DNA from: an uncultured Eubacteriales bacterium
Lineage (GTDB): Bacteria; Bacillota; Clostridia; Christensenellales; UBA1242
Direction: 5' to 3'
DNA: 64,000 bases
NCBI GenBank assembly: GCA_902496015.1
Contig: CABUZJ010000003.1
Span: 82,402-146,401 of the forward strand
The translations under genes and the position numbers were made by a program. The notes below the pieces were generated by a model. The model had not been told where the DNA came from, ran no database searches, and worked only from the letters and a program-made list of their open reading frames with translations. This document shows positions 30,363 through 39,014 of the stretch, piece after piece; positions within the stretch are counted from its first letter, which is position 1, and every line of letters starts with the position of its first letter.

Positions 30363-31598
30363 ATGCAAAAGATTGTTAGAAATAAAACAGTAAAAAATAA
30401 AAATAAATCTAAAACTGATAAAGAAAAAAATTTACTAAAAGAAAAAGAAGAGAAAAAAAATAAAAAAAACGACTTATTTGCTTATGATAAAAAGGAATTT
30501 AAAGAACACAAAAAAATGTATATAATTATTTTTGCATGTCTTGGTGGACTATTTCTTTTAAGTTTAATTTTTATGATTGTTGATGTGGCAACTGGTAATG
30601 TAATAACTAATAACCCTTCAACTCACCAAGATGGTTGGCCAAAACAAGTTTTTGCTCCTTATGCAGACATGACTGGTTGGGTGCCATTGACTAATAGTTA
30701 TAGTGTAAATGGTGTTGCAGATTTGGGAAAAGTTAGTGAAGAAACTGGCATGCAATATTTTAATTTGGGATTTATTCAGCCAGACGCAACTACCCCAACG
30801 GATAATGATGGTAATATTAGATGGTGTTGGGGCGGATACGCATCAATAAGCGAAAATGGTTCTGATGCTTTTCAATATGCAGGTATTAAATATGTGTTAG
30901 AAGATATCAGAAAGAAAGGTGGCGACTATTGTATTTCTTTTGGTGGACAAGCGGGAAAAGCACCATGGGTTGTTTCTAATAGTGTTGAAAAATTATTGAA
31001 TATGTATCTTGATGTTATTAATACTTATGATTGTAAAAGAATTGACTTAGATATTGAAGAAAGCAATCAAGGCGAAGCAGAAAACCGAATTAATGCAAAG
31101 GCTGTTAAAATGGCACAAGACAAAACTGGAGTATCTGTAACCTTAACAATTCCTATAATGCCTTATGGCTGGGAAGAAAAGCAAATTAAACTAATTAGAG
31201 CTTATCTTGATGCAGGTGTTGATATTGATTTAATAAATTCAATGACAATGTGTTATGGTGCTGGTCTTTATGAAGGGGAAGATTATGGTGATGCCTCTGT
31301 TCGAGCAATAACTAACAGTATTAAACAAATGAAAGAAATTTTTTCTAACTATGGAATTAATTTAACAACTGCACAAGCATATGCAAAAACTGGCGCAACT
31401 GTTGCCCTTGGATATGAAGGCACACTTTATCCAACTTTCACCACCGCAATGACACAAAAAGTTGTAGATGATGCCAATAAAAATAACTATGGAATGCTTA
31501 GTTATTGGTCTATAAATCGCGATGCTTTGATGGAAAGCAATAGAGGAATAACAACACTTTATCAATTTTATAATGTTACAAAAGAATATCCAGCATAA
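30363..31598 (+). CDS. Membrane-anchored GH18 glycoside hydrolase (chitinase-D-like)
   Basis: 411 aa. Lys-rich N-terminus and one TM segment (MYIIIFACLGGLFLLSLIFMIV). GH18 catalytic signature RIDLDIEES (DxDxE). FAPYADMTGW and GGDYCISFGG blocks resemble the chitinase-D-like subgroup. Confidence 0.65.
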   Translation: MQKIVRNKTVKNKNKSKTDKEKNLLKEKEEKKNKKNDLFAYDKKEFKEHKKMYIIIFACLGGLFLLSLIFMIVDVATGNVITNNPSTHQDGWPKQVFAPYADMTGWVPLTNSYSVNGVADLGKVSEETGMQYFNLGFIQPDATTPTDNDGNIRWCWGGYASISENGSDAFQYAGIKYVLEDIRKKGGDYCISFGGQAGKAPWVVSNSVEKLLNMYLDVINTYDCKRIDLDIEESNQGEAENRINAKAVKMAQDKTGVSVTLTIPIMPYGWEEKQIKLIRAYLDAGVDIDLINSMTMCYGAGLYEGEDYGDASVRAITNSIKQMKEIFSNYGINLTTAQAYAKTGATVALGYEGTLYPTFTTAMTQKVVDDANKNNYGMLSYWSINRDALMESNRGITTLYQFYNVTKEYPA

Positions 31599-31626
31599 AA
31601 AAGGGAGATTTTATCTCCCTTTTTTA
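31597..31626. terminator. Bidirectional terminator between the GH18 gene and spoIVA
   Basis: GGGAGAT (31603-31609) pairs with ATCTCCC (31613-31619), flanked by an A-run and a T-run. Confidence 0.75.
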
Positions 31627-33102
31627 TAATAAAATACAAATTATTCCGCCCTTTCCCTCATTTACAATTTTACTAAGAGTTTTTCTCATTTTAACTTGTG
31701 CTTCTTGTGGTAAGTTAGAAAGTTTTGTATTTATACCTTCTCTAACCAAATAACTTAATGGTTTACCAAACATATTTGTGTCCCATATACCTTGTGGGTT
31801 TGTTTCAAATTCACTAAGCAAGTATTTAGCAAGGCTTTCACTTTGCTCAGCACTTCCAACCGCTGGGCTAATTTCAGTTTCAACATCAACTCTCATAATA
31901 TGTAAACTTGGTGCTGAGGCTTTAAGTTTAACACCACTATTTGCACCTTTTTTAATTATTTGTGGTTCTTCAAGTGTCATTTCTTCCATACTAGGCATAA
32001 CAACACCATAACCAGTTTCGCGGACGCTATCTAATGCCGTTTTAAGTTTATCATATTCCATTTTAGCATGTGTTAAATGCTTCATATAACTCATCAAATA
32101 AAAATCATCTTTAATTTCAACACCACATTCATTGCTAAGCATTTTGTAGAATAATTCTTGATTTACAGTTATATCATAAGTTACTATTCCTTTGCTTAAA
32201 TCAATGTTTTGAAGACAAGGGCTGTTTATATTCTCACTTTCGGCAAAACAAGAAGTAAGACTTGAACTATCTCTCATAACATTAAGTTTGTTTGAATTTG
32301 CTTTTAATTCTGTCATTATTTCTTGAATAATATCGTTTTCATAAGGTAATGCTTTAACCCAGTTAGGAATATTATATTTTACCATTCTTATTGGGAATTG
32401 ATAAAGAACAGCACTTAACACATTATTAATTTCTTCTTCGCCCATTTCTTTAACATTAAGTGCAATAACAGGAACATTATATTTTTCCTCAAGGCTAGAA
32501 CGAAGTTTAATAGTTGCTTCACTAGATGCATCAATTGTGTTTAAAACAATAACAAAAGGCTTTCCAGTTTCTTTAAGTTCACGAACCACTCTTTCTTCTG
32601 CCCTAACATAATTAAGCCTTGGCAGTTCCCCAATTGTTCCATCAGTGGTAACTAAAACACCAATTGTTGAATGCTCAACAATAACTTTATGTGTTCCAAT
32701 TTCTGCCGCAGTTTCAAAAGGCAAATCTTCATCACTCCAAGGAGTTTTAACAAGCCTTGGAGAATTGTCTTCCATGTGCCCACTCACACCATCGATTAAA
32801 TATCCAACACAATCTATAAGTCTAACATTTGCTTTAGTGTTTTCATTAAAACTAATATTAACCGCTTCATTTGGAACAAATTTTGGTTGCATAGTCATTA
32901 TGCTTTTACCCGAACCCGATTGTGGCAATTCATCTGTTGCACGTTCTTTTGCGTGAACATTATCCATGTTTGGCAAAACTAAGGTTTGCATAAATCTAGA
33001 AATAAAAGTAGATTTACCTGTTCTAACTGGGCCCACAACGCCAACATATATATCGCCACCAGTGCGGATTGCTATGTCATTATATAAATCAAACTTTTCC
33101 AT
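31624..33102 (-). CDS. spoIVA: Stage IV sporulation protein A (spore coat basement-layer ATPase)
   Basis: 492 aa. The N-terminus MEKFDLYNDIAIRTGGDIYVGVVGPVRTGKSTFI with its Walker A is diagnostic of SpoIVA. AAGGAGG RBS. Confidence 0.95.
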   Translation of the reverse strand: MEKFDLYNDIAIRTGGDIYVGVVGPVRTGKSTFISRFMQTLVLPNMDNVHAKERATDELPQSGSGKSIMTMQPKFVPNEAVNISFNENTKANVRLIDCVGYLIDGVSGHMEDNSPRLVKTPWSDEDLPFETAAEIGTHKVIVEHSTIGVLVTTDGTIGELPRLNYVRAEERVVRELKETGKPFVIVLNTIDASSEATIKLRSSLEEKYNVPVIALNVKEMGEEEINNVLSAVLYQFPIRMVKYNIPNWVKALPYENDIIQEIMTELKANSNKLNVMRDSSSLTSCFAESENINSPCLQNIDLSKGIVTYDITVNQELFYKMLSNECGVEIKDDFYLMSYMKHLTHAKMEYDKLKTALDSVRETGYGVVMPSMEEMTLEEPQIIKKGANSGVKLKASAPSLHIMRVDVETEISPAVGSAEQSESLAKYLLSEFETNPQGIWDTNMFGKPLSYLVREGINTKLSNLPQEAQVKMRKTLSKIVNEGKGGIICILL

Positions 33103-33175
33103 AACTCCTCCTTACTTTGTTGCTTGATTGTTAATTAATATTCAATTATTTTGAAGATTATGATAAAAGTTAGAT

Positions 33176-33209
33176 TTAAAAAATAAAAATCATGCAATGG
33201 CGCATGATT
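33176..33209 (-). terminator. Rho-independent terminator ending the der-plsY-SHOCT operon
   Basis: ATCATGC (33189-33195) pairs with GCATGAT (33202-33208). On the minus strand it is followed by TTTTATTTTTT. Confidence 0.7.
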
Positions 33210-33213
33210 TTAT

Positions 33214-33702
33214 CTATTCAAAAATTTCTTTTTTAGCTTTCTCAAATTCGGCATCTGTTATAATCCCTTGTTCTTTATATCTTTTAAGTTGTTCGAATTT
33301 TTCCATATCTTCTTGGCTTATAACTTTTTGAGTTGCTTCGCTTTGAGTATAATTTTTATGTTCCTCTTCATTATTATTTGTTTCTGCGTTTGGTTTTGTA
33401 TATGTGTAGTCTTCACTTGACTCAACACTAATTTTATTGTCACTTGCGATATTATAAATAACTATACTAAATAAGCCTAACGGGAACATAAAGATGCTAA
33501 AATATATAGCCCAATTTTTAAGCCTATTTTTTTGGGTGTAAAGTTCACTATCGGTAAGTTTTGTGCAAGTTGAATAATACAATGCACCATAAATAGTGTA
33601 AATACCAATAGGAATAAACACAAGTGAAGCAATCGCAATACCACCATAAATAAATGCTAACACAATCATTAAGTTAAGCCAAAAGTTTGCTTTATTTTTC
33701 AT
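33214..33702 (-). CDS. Membrane protein with C-terminal SHOCT domain
   Basis: 162 aa. About 3 TM segments, a low-complexity linker, then ...QGIITDAEFEKAKKEIF, typical of the SHOCT (short C-terminal) domain. Overlaps the plsY stop by 11 nt. Confidence 0.65.
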   Translation of the reverse strand: MKNKANFWLNLMIVLAFIYGGIAIASLVFIPIGIYTIYGALYYSTCTKLTDSELYTQKNRLKNWAIYFSIFMFPLGLFSIVIYNIASDNKISVESSEDYTYTKPNAETNNNEEEHKNYTQSEATQKVISQEDMEKFEQLKRYKEQGIITDAEFEKAKKEIFE

Positions 33703-34363
33703 TTAAATATCCCTCTTTCCTTTTTTGTTTTAATTTCTTTTTGGTGCTTTTTATCAAACTAACTTTACTTTCTTTACCAACCAAAAGTCTTGTAATGTTA
33801 CCTCTGTGTGCCCACCATGTAACACAAAATATTGCAAATAAAATTAAGCACACAATATTTTGATCAGGCATTGGTAAATCTTTTGCATTAAAACCTTCCA
33901 CAACAGTCATTGCAGTTACGCATAGAAAACTTGCAACTGAACCATATTCAAAGCAAAGCCAACAAATTGCAGCAATTAAAATTACAATAAGTGTTACTAT
34001 TGGGTTTGCAACAAGAAAAACTCCTAACATAGTTGCAATTCCCTTACCACCTTTAAACTTAAAAATTACTGGATAAATATGTCCTAAAATTGTTGAAATT
34101 CCAGCAATATATAACATTACTTTACTATTACCAAACACAAAATATGCAACAATTGAAGGGACAATACCCTTTGTAACATCTAATAAAAAGTTGAGAAAAC
34201 CAATTTTAAATCCAAAGTTTCTAAGCATGTTTGTGCTTCCAGGATTACCACTTCCAAGTTTAGTAACATCACTATGTTTGCGTTTGCTAATAATTCTAGC
34301 AACACTAATATTTCCAATCAAATAAGAACAAATTACAACTAAAATAACTTGCCACCAAATCAT
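33692..34363 (-). CDS. plsY: Glycerol-3-phosphate acyltransferase PlsY
   Basis: GSGNPGSTN and HIYPV..KFKGGKG motifs. Polytopic. Lys-rich C-terminal extension. Overlaps the der stop. Confidence 0.92.
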   Translation of the reverse strand: MIWWQVILVVICSYLIGNISVARIISKRKHSDVTKLGSGNPGSTNMLRNFGFKIGFLNFLLDVTKGIVPSIVAYFVFGNSKVMLYIAGISTILGHIYPVIFKFKGGKGIATMLGVFLVANPIVTLIVILIAAICWLCFEYGSVASFLCVTAMTVVEGFNAKDLPMPDQNIVCLILFAIFCVTWWAHRGNITRLLVGKESKVSLIKSTKKKLKQKRKEGYLNEK

Positions 34364-35691
34364 TTTGCAATATCCTCCTCATTTTTTGCTTTAACCACTA
34401 TTTTAATTGGCGTGCCTGAAAAATCTACCTGCTTGCGTAAGAAATTTTCAAGATATCTTAAATAATTATCAGTCATTATAGTTAAATCATTAACAAACAA
34501 GGTAAATGTTGGAGGTGTAACACCTGTTTGCGTTATATAGTAAATTTTTAATTTCTTTCCGTTTTTGCTAGGTGGTGCCGTTGATATAACTGCTTGTTGA
34601 ATTAAGTCGTTTAAAACACCTGTTGAAATTTTTCTATTTGCATTTTCATAACTTTGAGTTACTGCTTCCATTAACTTATCCATTCGCTTCCCCGTCAAAG
34701 CAGAAAGGTAAACTGGCTTAAAATAACTCATAAATGCTAAATCGCAAAGTAATTTTTCATTAAATTTATTCATAGTGTTTGTTTGTTTTTCAATTAAGTC
34801 CCATTTATTCATAACAATAACAGAAGGCTTCTGCTCTTCATGAATAAGCCCCGCTATTTTAACATCTTGTTCACTAATTTGTTCACTTGCATCTATAACT
34901 AAAACAACAACATCTGCTTTTCTTATGCTATCTATTGTTCTAAACACACTATATTTTTCAATACTTTCATCTTCAATACTTCGTTTTCTTCTCATTCCAG
35001 CTGTGTCAATTAAACAATATTGCTTTTTATTATAGAAAAAAGGAACATCAATAGCATCTCTTGTGGTGCCTGCAATATTGCTTACAATAACACGCTCTTC
35101 CCCGACAAGCCTATTAATAAGACTAGATTTCCCAGCATTAGGTTTGCCAACAACCGCAATTTTTAACGCATTAGAGTCTTCTTCTTGTTCAATTTTATTA
35201 AAATCTGCCACTACTAAATCTAACAAATCTCCAACACCTTTACCTTGCTCAGCACTAATTGGAATTGGCTCTCCTAAGCCCAAAGAATAAAAATCGTAAA
35301 GATTATCTAACTTAAAGTTATCTAATTTATTAACAGCAAGAATAACAGGTTTTTTACTTTTTCTCAGTTTATTAGCCACATCAATATCTGCACTTGAAAT
35401 ACCTAATTTCCCATCAACTAAGAAAATAATAACATCACTAAGCCCCACAGCAATATCTGCCTGTTTAATTATGTGTTTACTTATTATGTCACCTGCATCA
35501 AAATCTAAGCCACCTGTATCAATCAATGTGAACTTATGCCCACACCATTCGGCTTCTGCATAAACTCTATCACGGGTAACTCCTGGTTCATCTTGAACAA
35601 TGCTGATTCTTTTTCCAGCAATTCTATTAAAAAGTGTAGACTTGCCAACATTCGGCCTTCCAACAATTGCAACTAATGGTAATTTTGCCAT
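34360..35691 (-). CDS. der: Ribosome-associated GTPase Der (EngA), double G-domain
   Basis: Two Walker A motifs, GRPNVGKST and GKPNAGKSS, plus a KH-like C-terminus. Start set at ATG 35691 (AAGGAAG RBS). The ORF-track extension to 35784 is hydrophobic junk. Confidence 0.95.
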   Translation of the reverse strand: MAKLPLVAIVGRPNVGKSTLFNRIAGKRISIVQDEPGVTRDRVYAEAEWCGHKFTLIDTGGLDFDAGDIISKHIIKQADIAVGLSDVIIFLVDGKLGISSADIDVANKLRKSKKPVILAVNKLDNFKLDNLYDFYSLGLGEPIPISAEQGKGVGDLLDLVVADFNKIEQEEDSNALKIAVVGKPNAGKSSLINRLVGEERVIVSNIAGTTRDAIDVPFFYNKKQYCLIDTAGMRRKRSIEDESIEKYSVFRTIDSIRKADVVVLVIDASEQISEQDVKIAGLIHEEQKPSVIVMNKWDLIEKQTNTMNKFNEKLLCDLAFMSYFKPVYLSALTGKRMDKLMEAVTQSYENANRKISTGVLNDLIQQAVISTAPPSKNGKKLKIYYITQTGVTPPTFTLFVNDLTIMTDNYLRYLENFLRKQVDFSGTPIKIVVKAKNEEDIAK

Positions 35692-35856
35692 ATTCTTCCT
35701 TATTTTAATATTAATATAATATATTATAACCAAAAAACAAATTAATAGCAAGTTAATAATAAGAAATTTGTATTCCTTAAACATATTATTAAAACTAGTT
35801 CTTTAAAAAGTTATTATTTAATTTAGTTAAAAACATAAAACGAAAATTAACTTAAT

Positions 35857-35887
35857 AAAAACAGCCTTAGATTTAAGCTGTTTTTTA
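35857..35887 (-). terminator. Terminator downstream of spoIIP
   Basis: ACAGC(C)TTA / TAAGCTGT stem (35861-35881, one bulge), flanked by an A-run and a T-run. Confidence 0.6.
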
Positions 35888-35897
35888 TATTATTAAT

Positions 35898-37073
35898 TTA
35901 TTTGCCAGTATTGGCTTTCTTTTTCCCAAATAATCCCCCAAATAGCTCACTGAAAAACCTTGCTGTTTTATACCTAACTTCTTTACTAAATATGCAAACA
36001 ATACCTAAAACAATAAAATAAAATGCTATTCCGCCTAGAAGAATCCAAATAAAACTTATGCTAGCAGCAGACTTATTATACGCCAGTCCAGTAATAACCG
36101 TTGCTTTGCCATTATCACCAACAAGTGAAACATCATTAAGACTTTCTGTGCTGGCATTATCACTGCCATAAAGAACAACATCAATAGTTTTAGCAAGTGG
36201 TTCGCAAGATTTAATTACTAAATTTTTATCAATCTTATCGCAACCCATTTCAAAAAGAATTGACCTTGGGGTTAATTGTTGATTATAATTACCTTTTCCC
36301 ATATAAATATCTTTTATTAGTCCAGGGTAAACTTCATCAGCATAAGCCTTAATAGATTTTGCAAATTCTTTGTTTTCAAGATAATTTGCATTACCACTTC
36401 CAACTACCATTCTAACTTTACTCATAGAAACTCCATCAACCTTAGTTGTGTATTCACTAACTGGAGTAGCATCTCTATGAATATCAAATATTGCATCTAA
36501 CTTACCATCATTAATAAGTTTAGAAGCAGTAACTTGACTCCTTGTGTATGCACCAGAATTATGTGGTAAATGTAAATCTTGTGAATAATCTACTTCAATT
36601 CCTAATTTATTAAAATCCTCTTTTAATTTAGCACCAACATCATGTATTCCACCCTTGCCATAAATACTATCAGTTCCATCATTTATTATATAACATTCAT
36701 CATTATGAGTGTGGTACATCCCAACTCTTTTTTTTGTTGCAGCACTAACAGTATTTTCTTTTACTTTCTTTTTAACATTATAAATTGGCATCTCTTCATC
36801 TTTAATATATTTTGCATAACCGATTTTATTATCTGCATCAATTTCAACTATTTCATAAAGTTTATTATCTCCACTAATATAAGAGTCACCATCTTCACAA
36901 GCATCTCCACGCACAAAAACAATTTTATCCTTATTATCATAGTCATAAATGGTAAAATAATCATTAGAAGAATCTGTCGCACTTACCGAACCTTTAATAT
37001 GCACTTGCGGATTAATTAATAAAAAAGAAAATGCAATAATTAAGGTAAATAAACTAAATAAATATTTTTTCAT
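35898..37073 (-). CDS. spoIIP: Stage II sporulation protein P (engulfment peptidoglycan hydrolase)
   Basis: 391 aa. SpoIIP family blocks GMYHTHNDE, FDIHRDA, KVRMVVG and ILFEMG. N-terminal signal/anchor plus an extra C-terminal TM segment (ISFIWILLGGIAFYFIVLGIVCIF). Confidence 0.85.
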   Translation of the reverse strand: MKKYLFSLFTLIIAFSFLLINPQVHIKGSVSATDSSNDYFTIYDYDNKDKIVFVRGDACEDGDSYISGDNKLYEIVEIDADNKIGYAKYIKDEEMPIYNVKKKVKENTVSAATKKRVGMYHTHNDECYIINDGTDSIYGKGGIHDVGAKLKEDFNKLGIEVDYSQDLHLPHNSGAYTRSQVTASKLINDGKLDAIFDIHRDATPVSEYTTKVDGVSMSKVRMVVGSGNANYLENKEFAKSIKAYADEVYPGLIKDIYMGKGNYNQQLTPRSILFEMGCDKIDKNLVIKSCEPLAKTIDVVLYGSDNASTESLNDVSLVGDNGKATVITGLAYNKSAASISFIWILLGGIAFYFIVLGIVCIFSKEVRYKTARFFSELFGGLFGKKKANTGK

Positions 37074-37074
37074 A

Positions 37075-37953
37075 TTATTTTTTCTCCTTTGAAGAATTTG
37101 CCGATTTTACAGTATTCATATTTTTTATATTATGAATATTATTATTTTGTTTTTCTGCATTTGCATTACTATTTATTTGTTTTTTTGAACTATTTTTCAC
37201 ATTATGATTTGTTTTTGCATTATTTAATTTAGTCAAATTAAAATCGCCATCACTGTCTGCTTGTACTTTCGCGCTTGTTGAAGCCAAAGCAAGCCTTCCA
37301 TTTTTTTCACTATCATACTGACTTGTCTCAAAATTAAATACCTTTTCTTGTTCATCTGGATTCGCACTTTCAAAAGCCCTGCCCAAGAATTCAGCAAGAG
37401 AAACTGCAATAATTATCGCTATCATCATTGTTGAAAAAGCTCCGCCTGTGCCAAGCCCAAGAACTGTGGTTTTCCCAATGCCTAGATTAATAAAGAATTG
37501 TAAAAGCTCTGCAAGGGTTAGTCCCAGCACAGCACAAATAAATGCATTTCTTCTACTTCTCCCAAGAACATAAGCCACAAGCCCTGCCACAATACCATAA
37601 ACAAACATAGGGTCGATAACTAACTCTTCTGGATCAGCTGGCATTAGCCATTCCAACCCATAAATAATGCCCGCAACTAAAATTGTGCCTATAATCGCTC
37701 TTAATAGGTCTCTTGAAAAGCCAACTTTAATAAGCAAATAAATACAAATTCCAAAAGGAATTAAAAAACCACCGATACTAATTAAAACCACACCACTAAA
37801 ATTAATAGGCGGAATAATAATACCAATAACAATTGCTAGTAATAACACAATGGCTTGCTTATCGTTAAGCCTTAATTGGTCTAATATTCTTTGCCCCAAA
37901 CCAAGCATTAACAAAATAATTAAAATTGATAAAACTGCCAAACTTGCACTCAT
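37075..37953 (-). CDS. Polytopic membrane protein (possibly DUF1614-like) with N/K-rich C-terminal tail, co-transcribed with spoIIP
   Basis: 292 aa. About 6 TM segments. The stop is 1 nt from the spoIIP start. GGAGGT RBS. The family assignment is tentative and from memory only. Confidence 0.6.
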   Translation of the reverse strand: MSASLAVLSILIILLMLGLGQRILDQLRLNDKQAIVLLLAIVIGIIIPPINFSGVVLISIGGFLIPFGICIYLLIKVGFSRDLLRAIIGTILVAGIIYGLEWLMPADPEELVIDPMFVYGIVAGLVAYVLGRSRRNAFICAVLGLTLAELLQFFINLGIGKTTVLGLGTGGAFSTMMIAIIIAVSLAEFLGRAFESANPDEQEKVFNFETSQYDSEKNGRLALASTSAKVQADSDGDFNLTKLNNAKTNHNVKNSSKKQINSNANAEKQNNNIHNIKNMNTVKSANSSKEKK

Positions 37954-37974
37954 TAATAATACCTCCGTTTCTAT

Positions 37975-38003
37975 TAGTTTGAGAAAGATTTATTTTTTTA
38001 TTC
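37975..38003 (-). promoter_or_regulatory. Forespore-type (sigma-G/sigma-F-like) promoter candidate of the membrane-protein-spoIIP operon
   Basis: On the minus strand: GAATA (38003-37999), 17-nt spacer, CAAACTA (37981-37975). The hexamers and spacing are identical to the GH18 candidate, and it is preceded by the same ATGAATAAAAA string. Confidence 0.45.
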
Positions 38004-38033
38004 ATAAAAATAAAATGCTTTAAACAGCATTTT
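38004..38033 (-). terminator. Rho-independent terminator of the feoAB-rluD-like operon
   Basis: AAAATGCT (38012-38019) pairs with AGCATTTT (38026-38033). On the minus strand it is followed by ATTTTTATG. Confidence 0.65.
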
Positions 38034-38084
38034 ATCTTATAATAAATAAGTAAATAAAATAACAATTTATTTACAAAATTTTAT

Positions 38085-39014
38085 TTATTTATCAAAAATA
38101 TTAATAAATTTATCTATATTTAATTTAATATTGCAGTTATTCAAATACGCTAATTTATTTGTTTTATTTAATTTAAAATTAATTCTATAAGCTAATAAGA
38201 GTTGATGTTTAAAAATTTTTGTATTGTTTTTAGTGGCTACTTTTGTTTCATCTTGATTATTTTTATTAGAGTTATAGTTATATTTGCCATCACCAATTAT
38301 AGGATATTCTAAAAACGCCAAATGTGCTCTTATTTGGTGAGTCTTTCCATTATGGATCACAACTTCCAATAAAGACTTATTTCCTTCTTTTTTTATCAAT
38401 TTAATTTGTGTTTCAATTGGAACATAACCAAGTTTATAATCTTTGCTTATAATGCTAAGCGATTTTCTGCTATCTTTAAATAAAAATGCTTTTGCTATTA
38501 ATCTGCTATGATTAAACTGCCCTTTTACCCATGTTAAATAATGTTTCTCGATTTGATTGTTCTTTGTTGCATCAATAAGGTTTGCTAAAACGCTTTCATT
38601 TTTAGCAAAGATTAGTAAACCACAAGTATTTCTATCTAATCTATGAACTGGTAAAAGATTAGTATTAAATCTTTCACATAATATTGAAGTAATTGAATTT
38701 ACACCTTCTACTTCAATATTATCTGGTTTATTAATTATAACTACATTCTCATCATTGTAAATAATGTCTATTTTAATTTTAGTTGTTAAATACTTACCTT
38801 TCAAAATAGATGGAGCACAAAAAATTTCAACTATATCATCTTTTTTTAATATTAAATCTTTACTTACTCTTTTACCATTAACTTTTATATCTTTTTTCCT
38901 AAGAATTGCACAATAAGAAGAGTATGCACAATTAGGAAATTCAATTTCAAACCATTTTGAAAGTTTATTTGTGTTATTTACAATTTTTATTGTTATATTT
39001 TCTTGTGCAGGCAT
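38085..39014 (-). CDS. RluA/RluD-family pseudouridine synthase with N-terminal S4 domain
   Basis: Catalytic motif HRLDRNTCGLLIFAK and HQIRAHL. Overlaps the 3' end of feoB by 41 nt. Confidence 0.85.
   Translation of the reverse strand: MPAQENITIKIVNNTNKLSKWFEIEFPNCAYSSYCAILRKKDIKVNGKRVSKDLILKKDDIVEIFCAPSILKGKYLTTKIKIDIIYNDENVVIINKPDNIEVEGVNSITSILCERFNTNLLPVHRLDRNTCGLLIFAKNESVLANLIDATKNNQIEKHYLTWVKGQFNHSRLIAKAFLFKDSRKSLSIISKDYKLGYVPIETQIKLIKKEGNKSLLEVVIHNGKTHQIRAHLAFLEYPIIGDGKYNYNSNKNNQDETKVATKNNTKIFKHQLLLAYRINFKLNKTNKLAYLNNCNIKLNIDKFINIFDK

Noticed and set aside
30315-30380. 21-codon ORF (MNKNTCKKQTNIKGVLYAKDC) upstream of and overlapping the GH18 start, considered as a leader or precursor peptide
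   Set aside because: It has no Shine-Dalgarno sequence and coincides with the proposed promoter. It is most simply explained as a chance ORF.
33103-33190. Assigning explicit sigma-E promoters to spoIVA (CATAATCT) and spoVM (CATAATAT, 10610-10640)
   Set aside because: Only the -10-like CATAAT-T element is shared, and I could not identify convincing -35 elements. The matches to the CATACA-T consensus are partial, so I mention them only as supporting hints.
35692-35784. N-terminal extensions offered by the ORF track for der (to 35784), asp23 (to 9531), topA (to 3690), rpe (to 13366), the M16 peptidase (to 30266), murA (to 51777) and the 182-aa gene (from 28291)
   Set aside because: In each case an internal ATG or GTG is preceded by a good Shine-Dalgarno sequence and matches the conserved family N-terminus. 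The extension is hydrophobic or low-complexity and lacks an RBS.
37865-38065. 66-aa minus-strand ORF spanning the spoIIP-operon promoter region
   Set aside because: It overlaps the start of the 292-aa membrane protein in another frame, covers a terminator hairpin and the promoter, and has no RBS.
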